DNA of 62,951 nt, the filler included, from Chiloscyllium plagiosum (Eukaryota): the NCBI RefSeq assembly GCF_004010195.1. It is 4 parts of one record of this genome, joined end to end, with 100 filler letters (N's around TTAATTAATTAA, not from the genome) between each part and the next. Parts side by side here need not be neighbours in the genome. Positions count along the whole stretch, not along the records: positions 1 to 19,123 come from NC_057710.1; positions 19,224 to 40,807 come from NC_057710.1; 2 more parts are not named here. One strand, written 5' to 3'. Both the position numbers and the translations under genes were made by a program. Shown in pieces: positions 11,291 to 22,540 of the stretch. The notes beneath the pieces are model-generated. The model had not been told where the DNA came from. It saw only the letters and a list, made by a program, of their open reading frames with translations, and searched no databases. Numbering within the stretch: position 1 is the first letter of the stretch; each line of letters opens with the position of its first letter.

Positions 11291-11865
11291 ATGGTTGAGA
11301 GGGCAAATACTTGGGAAATTAAATCTAATGTGGATCAATGGGAGGTTATTTACTTTGGTCACAAAACCAGGAAGGCAGATTATTATCTGAAAGGGGGCAG
11401 TTTAGATAAAGGTGAGGGTGCAACGAGACCTGGGTGTCATGGTGGAACAGTCACTGAAGGTTGGCACGCAGGTGCAGCGGGCAGTAACGAAAGCTAATGC
11501 CATGCTGGCCTTCATAGTGAGAGGATTAGAGTATTGGAGTCAGGATNNNNNNNNNNNNNNTAAAATCCTGATGGGACTAGACAGGCTAGGTGTAGGAAGA
11601 TGTATGTTCCGGATGTTGGGGAAGTCCCGAACTAGGGGTCACAGTGTAAGGATAAGGGGTAAGCCATTCAGGACTGAGATGGGGAAGAATGTCTTCCCTC
11701 AGAGAGCTGTGAATTCTCTCCCACAGGAAGCTGTTGGGGCCAGTTCATTTGATAGATTCAAGAGGGAACTGGACATGGGCCTTGGGGCTAAAGGGATCAA
11801 AGGGAATACGGGGAGAGGGTGGAAATGGGACACTGAGACTGCATCGTGTCATGATCACATTGAAG
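11291..11865 (+). mobile_element. CR1 LINE 3' fragment (14-N gap inside)
   Basis: ORF 11412..11882 QRDLGV...KANAMLAFI...SRTRGHS. Confidence 0.85.
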
Positions 11866-12236
11866 AGCGAATCATTTGTTAGCTCCCTAACAGCAATTAC
11901 ACAGAAGGACAAGATACAGAGAATGAGAATAGGTGTGATGGGAAATATCACAGCTGGTTTTAATTTCCACTGAGATTGCCGAGTCAGACTGGGAAACGAG
12001 TAACTTGGATGAAGGATTCCTAGAATGTTTTCTTACAGCAGCCTTACAGCAGCCCATTCTGCTGGCCCAGAGAGCAGGAGCTGGTGGAAATGATGATGTG
12101 CAATAGCATGAATTAATACCCTTCAAGTAAAGGTGCTCTGAGGTAGTTTTTTTTATTGGATATATTTGAAAGACAAATTCAGTTTGAGGGGTAAATGACA
12201 AGATCAAACACCAGGGACACACATTTCACAAAGGCC

Positions 12237-12340
12237 AGCTTTTCATTCACTTGTGGAATGTGGCGGAGGGGCCAGCGTTTATTGTCCATCCTTAGCTGCC
12301 CTTGAGAAGAAATGCTGCTTTCTTGATCTGTGCAGACCAA
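12237..12340 (-). mobile_element. 3' tail of the second CR1-group LINE family
   Basis: Similar to 35120-35240 (GCCAGCRTTKATWGYCCATCC...CTTGAGAAG). Confidence 0.55.
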
Positions 12341-12357
12341 GTAAAACTTCGACCCCC

Positions 12358-12820
12358 GAACATTACAGAACAGTACAGGCCCTTCGGCCCTCGATGTTGC
12401 ACAACCTGTGAAACCAATCTGAAGCCCATCTAACCTACACTATTCCATATGTCATATGTCTATCCTATATGTCTATCCAATGACCATTTAAATGCCCTTA
12501 ACATTGGTGAGTCTACGACTGTTGGAGTTAGTTATAGAACAGATCAGCATAGCCACAGGCCCTTTGGCCCACCATGTTGTGCCGAACATGACACCAAATT
12601 AAACTAATCCCTTCTGGCTGCCCTTGATCTATATCCCTCCATTCAGAGAGTCATAGAGATGTATAGCACTGAAAGACACCCTTCAGTCCAACTCATCCAT
12701 GCCGATCATATATTCCAACCCAATTTAGTCCCATTTTGCCCACACTTAGCCCATATCCCTTTTAACCCTTTCTATTCCTATACCCGTCCAGTTGACATTT
12801 AAATGTAATTGTACCAGTCT
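12358..12820 (-). mobile_element. Three stacked CR1 3' ends from different families
   Basis: The CR1 3' hairpin motif (AGGCCCTTCGGCCC, AGGCCCTTTGGCCC, CCCTTCAGTCC) occurs three times with different tails. Confidence 0.75.
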
Positions 12821-12827
12821 CCGTCAC

Positions 12828-13672
12828 TGAGAGGATTAGACTATTGGAGTCAGGATGTCTTGCTGCAGTTATACAGGGCCTTGGTGAGGCCACACCTTGA
12901 GTATTGGTCTGCAGTTTTGGTCTCCACCACCCTCTGTGTGAAAAAGTTGCCCCTTAGATCCCTTTTAAATCTTTCCCCTCTCACCTTAAACCCTCTACTC
13001 TGGGGAAAAGACCTTAAGATAAAGAAGGAAGCATATGTAAGGTATAGACAGGATAGATCGAATGAATCCTTAGAAGAGCATAAAGGCAGTAGGAGTATAC
13101 TTAAGAGGGAAATCAGGAGGGCAAAAAGGGGACATGAGATATCTTTGGCAAATAGAATTAAGGATAATCCAAAGGGATTTAACAAATACATTAAGGACAA
13201 AAGGATAACTGGGGAGAGAATAGGGCCCCATAAAGATCAGCAAGGTGCAGAAAATGGGGCAGGTGCTAAACGAGTATTTTGCATCAGTATTTACGGTGGA
13301 AAAAGATATGGAAGATATAGACTGTAGGGAAATAGATGGTGACATCTTGCAAAATGTCCAGATTAAAGAGGAGGAAGTGCTGGATGTCTTGAAAGGTGGA
13401 TAAATCCCCAGGACCTGATCAGGTGTACCCGAGAACTCTGTGGGAAGCTAGAGAAGTGATTGCTGGGCCTCTTGCTGAGATATTTGTATCATCGATAGTC
13501 ACAGGTGAGGTGCCGGAAGACTGGAGGTTGGCAAACATAGTGCCACTGTTTAAGAAGAGTGGTAAGGACAAGGCAGGGAACTATAGACCGGTGAGCCTGA
13601 CCTCAGTGGTGGGCAAGTTGTTGGAGGGAATCCTGAGAGACAGGACGTACATGTATTTGGAAAGGCAAGGAC
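12828..13672 (+). mobile_element. CR1 ORF2 fragments (patchwork; short minus-strand piece at about 12923-13010)
   Basis: ORFs 12809..13327 and 13396..13827: DKSPGPD, PEDWRLANIVPLFKK, NYRPVSLTS. Confidence 0.88.
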
Positions 13673-13762
13673 NNNNNNNNNNNNNNNNNNNNNNNNNNNN
13701 NNNNNNNNNNNNNNNNNNNNNNNNNNNNNNNNNNNNNNNNNNNNNNNNNNNNNNNNNNNNNN

Positions 13763-14496
13763 TTACTTCTTCAAAAAACTCAATCAAGTTTGTGAGACAT
13801 GATTTCCCATGCACAAAGCCATGTTGACTATCCCGAATCAGTCCTTGCCTTTCCAAATACATGTACATCCTGTCCCTCAGGATTCCCTCCAACAACTTGC
13901 CCACCACCGACGTCAGGCTCACCGGTCTATAGTTCCCTGGCTTGTCTCTACCACCCTTCTTAAACAGTGGCACCACGTTAGCCAACCTCCAGTCTTCCGA
14001 CACCTCACCTGTGACTATCGATGATACAAATATCTCAGCAAGAGGCCCAGCAATCACTTCTCTAGCTTCCCACAGAGTTTCGGGTACACCTGATCAGGTC
14101 CTGGGGATTTATCCACCTTTAACCGTTTCAAGACATCCAGCACTTCCTCCTCTGTAATCTGGACATTTTTCAAGATGTTGGTACTTATTTCTTATAATTC
14201 TCATAACCTCCCTCATTATCCCAGGGTCCCTTACCTTGTCTTGTCTCTCTTCCTTACTGGATATGTTCTGAACTCTCATCACCTGGTCTTTAAACAATTC
14301 CCACATGTCAAGCATGGACTTGCCTGATAACAGCTCCTCCGAATTAACACTCCCTAGCTCCTGATGTCATTTGCCCTCCCCCAATTTAGTGCCTTTCCAA
14401 AATGTTCTCGCACTGAAAGGTCAGTCACCTGGCCAGGCTCATTAGCCAATACAAGGTCCAGTGTGGCCTCTCCTCTAGTTGGACAATCCACATACA
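13763..14496 (-). mobile_element. CR1 ORF2 fragments
   Basis: ORF 13581..14057 NYRPVSLTS...SQHGF...[12 protein letters not shown]; degenerate tether and endonuclease further right. Confidence 0.85.
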
Positions 14497-14948
14497 TCAC
14501 ATCATCCTCCACCACCTAAACACAGCCCCCACGACCAGAGATAAATTTCCCTCCCCACCCTGATCAGCGATCTGGAGAGGCCATTCCCTCAGTGACACCA
14601 TCGTCAGGTCCATGCCTCCCACCAGCCCATATCCCACTCCCTGCACCTTCCTCTGCCACTGCAAGATGTGCAAAACCTGCGCCCACACCTCAACCATCAC
14701 CTCCACCCAAGACCCCAAAGCATCCTTCCACATCTGACAAAAAGTTATCTGTATTTCCACCAATGAACAAAGAACAAAGAAAATTTACAGCCCAGGAACA
14801 GGCCCTTCGACCCTCCAAGCCTGAGCCATCTACTGTATCCGTTGCTCTCGATGGGGTCTCCTCTACATCGGGGAGACAAGATGCCAACTTGCGGATCATT
14901 TCAGAGAACATCTCTGGAACACCTGCACCCACCAACCCCACTGCTCCG
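14497..14948 (+). mobile_element. Penelope-like element GIY-YIG endonuclease fragment (short CR1 tail inserted at about 14765-14827)
   Basis: From 14828 translates IYCIRCSRWGLLYIGETRCQLADHFREHLW; upstream Cys-rich CHCKMCKTCAH. Confidence 0.85.
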
Positions 14949-15997
14949 TGTATTTGGAAAGACAAGGACTGATTAGGGATAGTCAACATGGCTTTGTGCA
15001 TGGGAAAACATCTCACAAACTTGATTGAGTTTTTTGAAGAAGTAACAAAGAAGATTGATGAGGGCAGAGCAGTAGATGTGATCTATATGGACTTCAGAAA
15101 GGCGTTCGACAAGGTTCCCCATGGGAGACTGATTAGCAAGGTTAGATCTCATGGAATACAGGGATAACTAGCCATTTGGATACAGAACTGGCTCAAAGGT
15201 AGAAGACAGAGGGTGTTGGTGGAGGGTTGTTCAGGACTTATACACTTAATGGTAAGGTCCTAGGGAGTGTTGCTGAACAAAGAGACCTTGGAGTGCAGGT
15301 TCATAGCTCCTTGAAAGTGGAGTCACAGGTAGATAGGATAGTGAAAAAGGCATTTGGTATGCTTTCCTTTATCGGTCAGAGTATTGAGTACAGGAGTTGG
15401 GAGATCATGTTGCAGCTGTACAGGACATTGGTTAGGCCACTGTTGGAATATTGCATGCAATTCTGGTCTCCTTCCTATCGGAAGGATGTTGTGAAATTTG
15501 AAAGGGTTCAGAAAAGATTTACAAGGATGTTGCCAGGGTTGGAGGTTTTGAGGTATGGGGAGAGGCTGAACAGGCTGGGGCTGTTTTCCCTGGAGCGTCA
15601 AAGGCTGAGGGGTGACTTTATAGAGGTTTACAAAATTATGAGGTGCATGGATAGGATAAATAGACAAAGTCTTTTCCCTGGAGCTTGGGAGTCAAGAACT
15701 AGATGGCATAGGTTGAGGGTGAGAGGGGCAAGATATAAAAGAGACCTAAGGGGCCACATTTTCACACAGAGGGTGGTACATGTATGGAATGAGCTGCCAG
15801 AGGAAGTGGTGGAGGCTGGTACAATTGCAACATTTAATAGGCATCTGGATGGGTATATGAATAGGAAGGGTTTGGAGGGATTTGGGCCAGGTGGTGGCAG
15901 GAGGGACTAGATTGGGTTAGGATATCTGGTCGGCGTGGACTGGTTTGACCGAAGGGTCTGTTTCCATGCTGTACTTCACTATGACTCTATGATTCTA
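14949..15997 (+). mobile_element. CR1 LINE 3' region with an internal deletion of the RT core at about 15231
   Basis: QHGF, MDFRKAFDKV, then a jump to RTYTLNGK; ORF 15227..15910; (CTATGACT)n tail. Confidence 0.92.
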
Positions 15998-16140
15998 TGC
16001 AGCCCTTATGGTCTGGTAAGGCTCTGGTGACACAACAACAAAAGCATGAGGGGCATGGATGGAGTGAATACCCAAGAGTGTTTTCCAAGTCCAAAACTAG
16101 TAGGCATAGGTTTAAGGTTAAAAAGGTTTGGTCTCCTTAC

Positions 16141-17942
16141 TTAAGCCCGCTTACCAACATGGCCAACTCCATGAGTGGCCAGGGCTAGGACATGTAGATG
16201 TGACTTAGGGCAAGTGATGTGACCATCAGGAAGGGTAAGAAGATGAAGGGATTCAGATTCAGTGGCACCTAAATGAGCCCAATGAGCACGCTCAGATTGA
16301 GGGGCTGCCTGCCGAGCGCCATGGATACCCTCCAAAGGTCAGGAACAATGGGAAACTGGTATATTTTAGGGATATGCAAAACCTGCATGTGTGGATTAGT
16401 GCAGCCACATGAGCGGCTCTATCAGCAAAAGTGTTGCCAAGGGTGACAGTATCTCCAGCAGATGTGTGCATTTGATGACAGCTGCAGCTGAAGGGAGGAG
16501 AATGGCTTCCAAAAGATTATTGATAAGCTGACCAGGTTTACCTGAAGAGGTGAGGAAACCCCTATACTTCTCGAGGGTGCCAAAATCATGCATCACTCCA
16601 AAAGCATAGCAGGAACCAGTGTAAATGTGAGCAGATTTCCCAGCAGCTAAAATGCATGCCTGTGTAAGAGCAAAGAGCTCAGCTGCCTGTGCAGAAGTAC
16701 TGTTAGAGATTCAAGGACATCAGAAGGTGTGCAAACAGCATTGCCCTGCCAGTGTCATGCGGTCTGTAGGCCTGTAGGAGAAGCCATCGTGAAAAGGACC
16801 ACATCAGGATTGTCCAAAGGGGTTTCTAAAAGGTGTGCGCGAGGGGCGAAACATCATGGACAATATGTAAACAATCGTGGTCAGGTGTCTCTAAGGAATC
16901 AGTGGGAGGATGAAGGGGAGCAGGGTTCAAAGCCGGGGTGCAGCACAGAGTAAGCTTAGAGTGGGAGAGTAGGATGACCTCAGAAACCATACACTTGGAA
17001 GCAGGAAAATGGTAGGTAGCTGCAGGACTCAACAGCAGGGAGACCGAATGTGGAACAAAACCGTGCATGGATGGTCCAGCATAAAGGGGGGGTAGAACTT
17101 TCACAAACAGCTCACAAACACGCTGGTATGCCCCTTACAACAGGAGGTAACTCGACACAGTAAAAAGCTACAGGGTGCCAGAGATCCCCATACATTTGGG
17201 TCAGAATTCCAGAGGCATATCCCTCCCTCTCAGCAAAATAAAGTTGAAATGACTATGATTAATCCAGAAGACCCAAAGCCCGTGCAGGTCTCAGGACAGA
17301 GTTCAATTGTTCAAAATCCTGTGTCATTTCAGGGGTCCACTGTAGTTTTGGTGGTTCCTCAGGTGAAGACATCTCTCTCAAAGGGGTATCAATCTCACAA
17401 AGATCAGGAATCCAGTGCCTGCAGTAATTCACCATCCCCAGGAATGACGTAGGTTCAGTTTGTGTTGCAGGAGGAGGGGGATTCGTGATGGCATTTAGGT
17501 GATTAGGGGTGAGGGCCCTGGAATCCTGCGAGATTGTGAAACCCAAATAATGAACAGTGGGTTGGCAGAGCTGCATTTTATCAATGGAAACCTTGTGACC
17601 ATCCTGTGCCAGATACTGAAGCAGGGCGGCAGTATCCTGCATAGAGGCATCAGATGGAGCGGGGGCAATGAGTAAATTATCGGCGTATTGAACAAGGACA
17701 CTGCTGCAAGAACAAGGCATGTGGAGGGTCTCGAGGGTCCGCTGAACAACAGAAGCATAAACGGTGCAGCTCTCCGTATACCCTTGGGGAAGCTGAGTCC
17801 ATGTGTATGGATGGCCGATGAAAGTAAAGGCAAAAAGGGACTGGCTATCAGGGGACAATTTAATAGAGAGAAAGGCCAAGCAGAGATCAACCACAGAAAA
17901 GCAAGTGGCCGAGGCAGGGCCGTTAATGAGAATAGCATTCAA
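16141..17942 (-). pseudogene. pol: Class I (epsilon/gamma-like) endogenous retrovirus pol remnant: RT, tether, RNase H, integrase N-terminus
   Basis: FSVVDLCLAF, FAFTF, YTWTQLPQGYTES, QYADNLLI, FLGMVNYCRHWIP, LNPA...HDCL, SAQAAELFAL, YAFGVMHDFG, HGVGHVG. Confidence 0.88.
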
Positions 17943-18510
17943 TAGACAATAGTCAATAGACAATAGGTGCAGAAGTAGGCCATTCAGCCCTTCGAGCCTG
18001 CACCACCATTCAATATGATCACGGCTGATCATTCCTAATCAGTATCCTGTTCCTGCCTTATCTCCATAACCCTTGATTCCACTATCTTTGAGAGCTCTAT
18101 CCAACTCCTTCTTAAATGAATCCAGAGAGTGGGCCTCCACTGCCCCCTGTGGCAGAGCATTCCACACAGCCACCACTCTCTGGGTGAAGAACTTTCTCCT
18201 GAGCTCTGTCCTAAATGGTCTACCCCGTATTCGTGCCAGAGACTACAGGGGAGCAAGGAACAACAAAAGCATTGACAGGCCGTGGATCCTGCATGAACCT
18301 CCACCTGTCAGGCTCAACAGGTTTAAGAATATGCAGGATAGGGGGATTGCAGGGCCTCTGTATAGGAACAAGGATGGTCTGTTCCAGAATAGAAGCAATA
18401 ATAAGCCTGATCCCAGAGCAAGGCCATTCGGCCCATTGAGTCCTCTCCGCCATTTAATCATGGCTGATGGGTGTTTCAACTCCACTTATCCGCACTCTCC
18501 CCGTATCCCC
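17943..18510 (-). mobile_element. CR1 3' ends (one with a (CTATTGT)n tail) plus a degenerate fragment
   Basis: TAGACAATAG repeats; AGGCCATTCAGCCC and AGGCCATTCGGCCC hairpins; antisense KFFTQRVVAVWNALP. Confidence 0.8.
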
Positions 18511-18511
18511 T

Positions 18512-19123
18512 CAAGAACAAGTATACCGTTTTGGATACTTGTGGGGGGGGTACTTACCAGGGGTAAGTAATGGGGCTCTGGCCTCTGGCACGGAGCCTGT
18601 CCCCGTTGCTCAGAAGGGAAGGGTGGAGAAGAGCAGAGCAATAGTAATTGGGGACTCGATAGTTCGGGGCACTGATAGGCGGTTTTGTGGGGGCGAGAGA
18701 GACTCACGTTTGGTATGTTGCCTCCCAGGTGCAAGGGTACGTGATGTCTCTGATCGTGTTTTCCGGGTCCTTAAGGGCCTTAAGGGGGAGGGGGAGCAGC
18801 CCAAAGTCGTGATCCACATTGGCACCAACGACATAGGTAGGAGGAGCGGTGAGGATGTTAGGCAGCTTTCAGGGAGCTAGGTTGGAAGCTCGGAGTTAGA
18901 ACAAACAGAGTTGTTGTCTCTGGTTTGTTACCTGTGCCACGTGATAGAGAGTCGAGGAATAGGGAGAGAGAACAGTTAAATGCGTGGCTACAGGGATGGT
19001 GCAGGAGGGAGGGATTCCGGTATTTGGGGGAAGATGAGACCTCTATAAACAGGATGGTCTGCACCTGAACCTGAGGGGCACCAGTACCCTTGGTGGGAGG
19101 TTTGCTAGTGCTCTGGGGGGGGG
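18512..19123 (+). mobile_element. CR1 ORF1 SGNH/GDSL esterase domain fragment
   Basis: IVIGDSIVRG, CLPGARV, HIGTND, DGLHLN. Confidence 0.9.
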
Positions 19124-19223
19124 NNNNNNNNNNNNNNNNNNNNNNNNNNNNNNNNNNNNNNNNNNNNTTAATTAATTAANNNNNNNNNNNNNNNNNNNNN
19201 NNNNNNNNNNNNNNNNNNNNNNN
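19124..19223. other. Artificial contig-join spacer N44-TTAATTAATTAA-N44
   Basis: Exactly 100 nt; the central palindrome at 19168-19179 gives stops in all six frames. Confidence 0.9.
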
Positions 19224-20590
19224 GGTGCCATCTTGCATCCCTGAAACTTGATTTTGGATCTCCCTACTCTCAACCTTTTCTATCCTCTAACTACACTTTT
19301 GGTTCCCATCCCCCTGCTGGATTAGTTTAAACCCATCCCAATAGCCTTAGCAAATCTCCCCCCCCAGGATGTTGGTACCCCTCTGGTTCAGATGAAGACC
19401 ATCCTGCTTGTAGAGGTCCCACCTACCCCAGAAAGAGCCCCAATTATCCAAGAATCCAAAACCCTCCCTCCTGCACCATCCCCGTAGCCACGTGTTCAAC
19501 TCCTCTCTCTCTCTATTCCTCGCCTCACTAACACGTGGCACGGGCAACAAACCAGAGACAACAACTCTGTTAGTCCTAACTCTAAGTTTCCATCCTACCT
19601 CCCTGAATTTTTGCCTTAAATCCCCATCTCTCTTCTTACCTATGTCGTTGGTGCCTATGTGGACCATGACTTGGGGCTGCCCCCCCCCCCCCCCTCCTCC
19701 TCCCCCTCCCTCTTAAGTATCCCAAAAACACGATCAGAGACAGCACAAACCCTGGCTCCTGGGAGGCAACACATCCACCGTGAGTGTCTCTCATCCCCAC
19801 AGAACCTCCTATCTGTCCCCCTAACTATGGAGTCCCCAATGACTACTGCTCTGCTCCTCTTCCCCCTTCCCTTCTGCGCAGCAGGGACAGACTCTGTGCT
19901 GGAGCCCTGTGCCCCACTGCTTTCCCCTGGTAAATCGTCCCCCCCAACAGTATCCAAAACGGTGTACTTATTGTTGAGGGGAATGGCCACAGGGGATCCC
20001 TGCACTGCCTGCCGGTTCCCTTTCCGTCCCCTGACTGTAACCCATCTGCCTTTTTCTTGTACCTGAGGAGTGACTACCTCCCTGTAACTCCTCTCAATAA
20101 CACCCTCTGCCTCCCGAATGATCTGAAGTTCATCCAGCTCTAGCTCCAGTTCCCTAATGTGGTTTTCGAGGAGCTGGTGTTGGGTGCACTTCCCACAGAT
20201 GTAGTCTGCAGGGACACGAGTGGTGACCCTTACCTCCCACATTCTGCAGGAGGAACATTCAACTGCCCTCACCGCCATTCCTACTATTCTAAATTCCCAA
20301 AGAGACTGTTGAAAATATAAGGAATAAAAAATAAACTCGTTACCTTACCAACCTGGCGCACAGATCCTTTTTTTTGGTTAGAGGAGGAAGATGGGTGGGA
20401 GACACTACCCGAGGAGTGTTTCGGATAACGCCACCACACAAATAGATGACTTCCCAGAAGTCCTTCACTCCTCCCTCACACCTCTCGGCAAAATGGAGGC
20501 CCGACTCGCGAGGTAAGTCCCTTTTAATGCAGGTAAAATCCTTCCTGGCAGCCCTCGCTTCACCACTCCTTCTCTCCTCGCCACTCTAGC
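19224..20590 (-). mobile_element. CR1 5' UTR plus near-complete ORF1 (Zn finger, coiled coil, SGNH esterase), frameshifted in a poly-G run at about 19680
   Basis: ORFs 19655..20278 (CSSC...CGKC, LELELDEL, GDSIVRG) and 19347..19667 (HIGTND, DGLHLN). Confidence 0.92.
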
Positions 20591-20591
20591 A

Positions 20592-22540
20592 AAAAATAAT
20601 GAAAGAATTATTCAAATTCCTCACTAGATATGGACTACCCACAGAGATATAATCAGTTTAAGGGTCAAACTTCACTTCAAAATTATTCAAGGAAGTTACG
20701 GACAGCTTAGGAATACACAAGTCAAATCTACTGCGTACCATCCAGAATCACAGGGAGCGCTCGAAAGGTGGCATCAGACATTAAAGACCATGTTGAAGGC
20801 CCACTGTCAAGACTATCCAGACGATTGGGATAAAGGAATTCTGTTTGTACTTTTTGCGATCAGAGATGCACCAAATTAATTGACTAAATTCAGTCCATTT
20901 GAATCTATTTTTGGGCATGAAGTGAGAAGACCGTTAAAATTGGTTCAGGAGAAATTGGTGAGTCAGAATTCAGAGACCACATATTTGGACTTTGTGTCAG
21001 ATTTTTGGGAACAATTAAATAGAGCAGGCGAGTTGGCCAGACAGCATTTAAAAGTATCACAACATAGAATGAAACAGGAAGTAGACAAGAAATCAAAAAC
21101 TCGCAAACAGAGATAGCGTGTTAGTGTTACTTCCAGTGATAGATGAACCTTTAAAAGCATGGTTTAGTGGACCTTATCAAATGGAAAGGAGATTGAGTGA
21201 AGTGAAGTATTTGATAAGGACTCCAGACAGAAGGAAGTTTCACAGAGTGTGTCATGTGAATTGGACAGGGAAGGAAAGCCAAAGGAAACTGTGTTATTGG
21301 TTACAACACAGAGGGAAGATCCAAGTTCAGAGGATTCTGAATTGGGCATTCCTCAAATTCAATAATGAGGACGTTGTCAAAAATTGGGATAAATTACTGA
21401 GTTAACTTCCAGAGGAAAATCAAAAATGACCCGAATGAGTTATTACTGTCACATGAGTAATTGTATGGAAATAAGCTGGAAAGTACTAACCTAATTATGC
21501 ATGATGTAAATATGGGAGATTCTGTTGCAATTAAGCAACATCTTTATAGGCATAATCCTCTAAAGTTGGCACAGGTTCAAAAGGAGATTGAATGCATGCT
21601 CCAAGGCGATTGAATTGAAGTGAGTTACAAGGACTGGAGCTCATCCACAATAATGGTACCAAAACCAGATGGTACCCAACGGTTATGTGTGGACTATCGC
21701 AAAGTCAATGCCATTACAAAGATTGATGTATATCCAATTCCACAGTTGGAAGACTGTGTTGAAAAGGTGGGACTAGCAAAGTATATTTCTAAGTTGGACT
21801 TGTTCAGAGGATACTAGCAGGTACCTTTGTCCAAAAGAGTGAAGACAATTTCAGCTTTCATACGCCAAATGGACTGTATCAGTTTAAAGTCATAACATTG
21901 GTATGAAAAATGCACCAGCCACATTTCAGTGGCGAACTAATAAGGTTATTTCAGGATTACCCAATTGTGTGGTATATATTGATGACCTGGTGATTATTAC
22001 TCACACGTGGAAGGAACATTTGCAACATCTATTGGACTTATTCATTCGATTTCAGAAGGCAGTCTTGGTGATAAACCTAGCTAAAAGTGAATTTGCCAAA
22101 ACTCAAGTCACCTTCTTGGGCCACGTTATTGGACATGGACCAATGGCCTCGTGGGATGCAAAAACAAAGGTTATTGGGGAATTTCCCATACCACCGACAA
22201 AAAGAGCAGTACTACGGTTCCCGGGATTGAGTGCATTTTATCAAAAATATGTACTCAATTTTAGCAGTGTGGCTGCTAGATTCATAGTATTGCTAAGGAA
22301 AGGCAAGGAGTTTCAGTGGACAGTGGACTGTCAGAGGGCATTTGACAGCCTGAAAGCTGTGTTAACCACTGCCCCAGTATTAGTCACCTAATTACACAAA
22401 GCCATTCAAGGTGGCTATCGATGCGAGTGATGTGGGTGTCAGTGCGGTGCTCCTACAGGAGGATGATGAGAAGATAGAAAGGTCTATCGGGTATTTCATC
22501 AGGAAATTGAACATTCATCAGCAAAAGTATTCGACAGCTG
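20592..22540 (+). pseudogene. pol: Second Gmr1-type Gypsy pol remnant: integrase core and GPY/F, RT, RNase H
   Basis: GSNFTS, STAYHPESQGALERWHQTLK, FSGPYQ, RLCVDYRKVN, KNAPATFQ, YIDD, DASDVGVSAVLLQ, in that order. Confidence 0.9.

Noticed and set aside
13396..14180. Inverted duplication across the 90-N gap
   Set aside because: The arms differ at many positions; they are two independent CR1 copies meeting at an assembly gap
17259..18032. 257-aa ORF as an intact retroviral protein
   Set aside because: Its first 30 or so codons come from a CR1 3' UTR; the catalytic motif is YADN and downstream pol is frameshifted
18512..19990. Large inverted repeat of esterase ORFs
   Set aside because: The two copies are on separate contigs joined by an artificial spacer and differ in sequence
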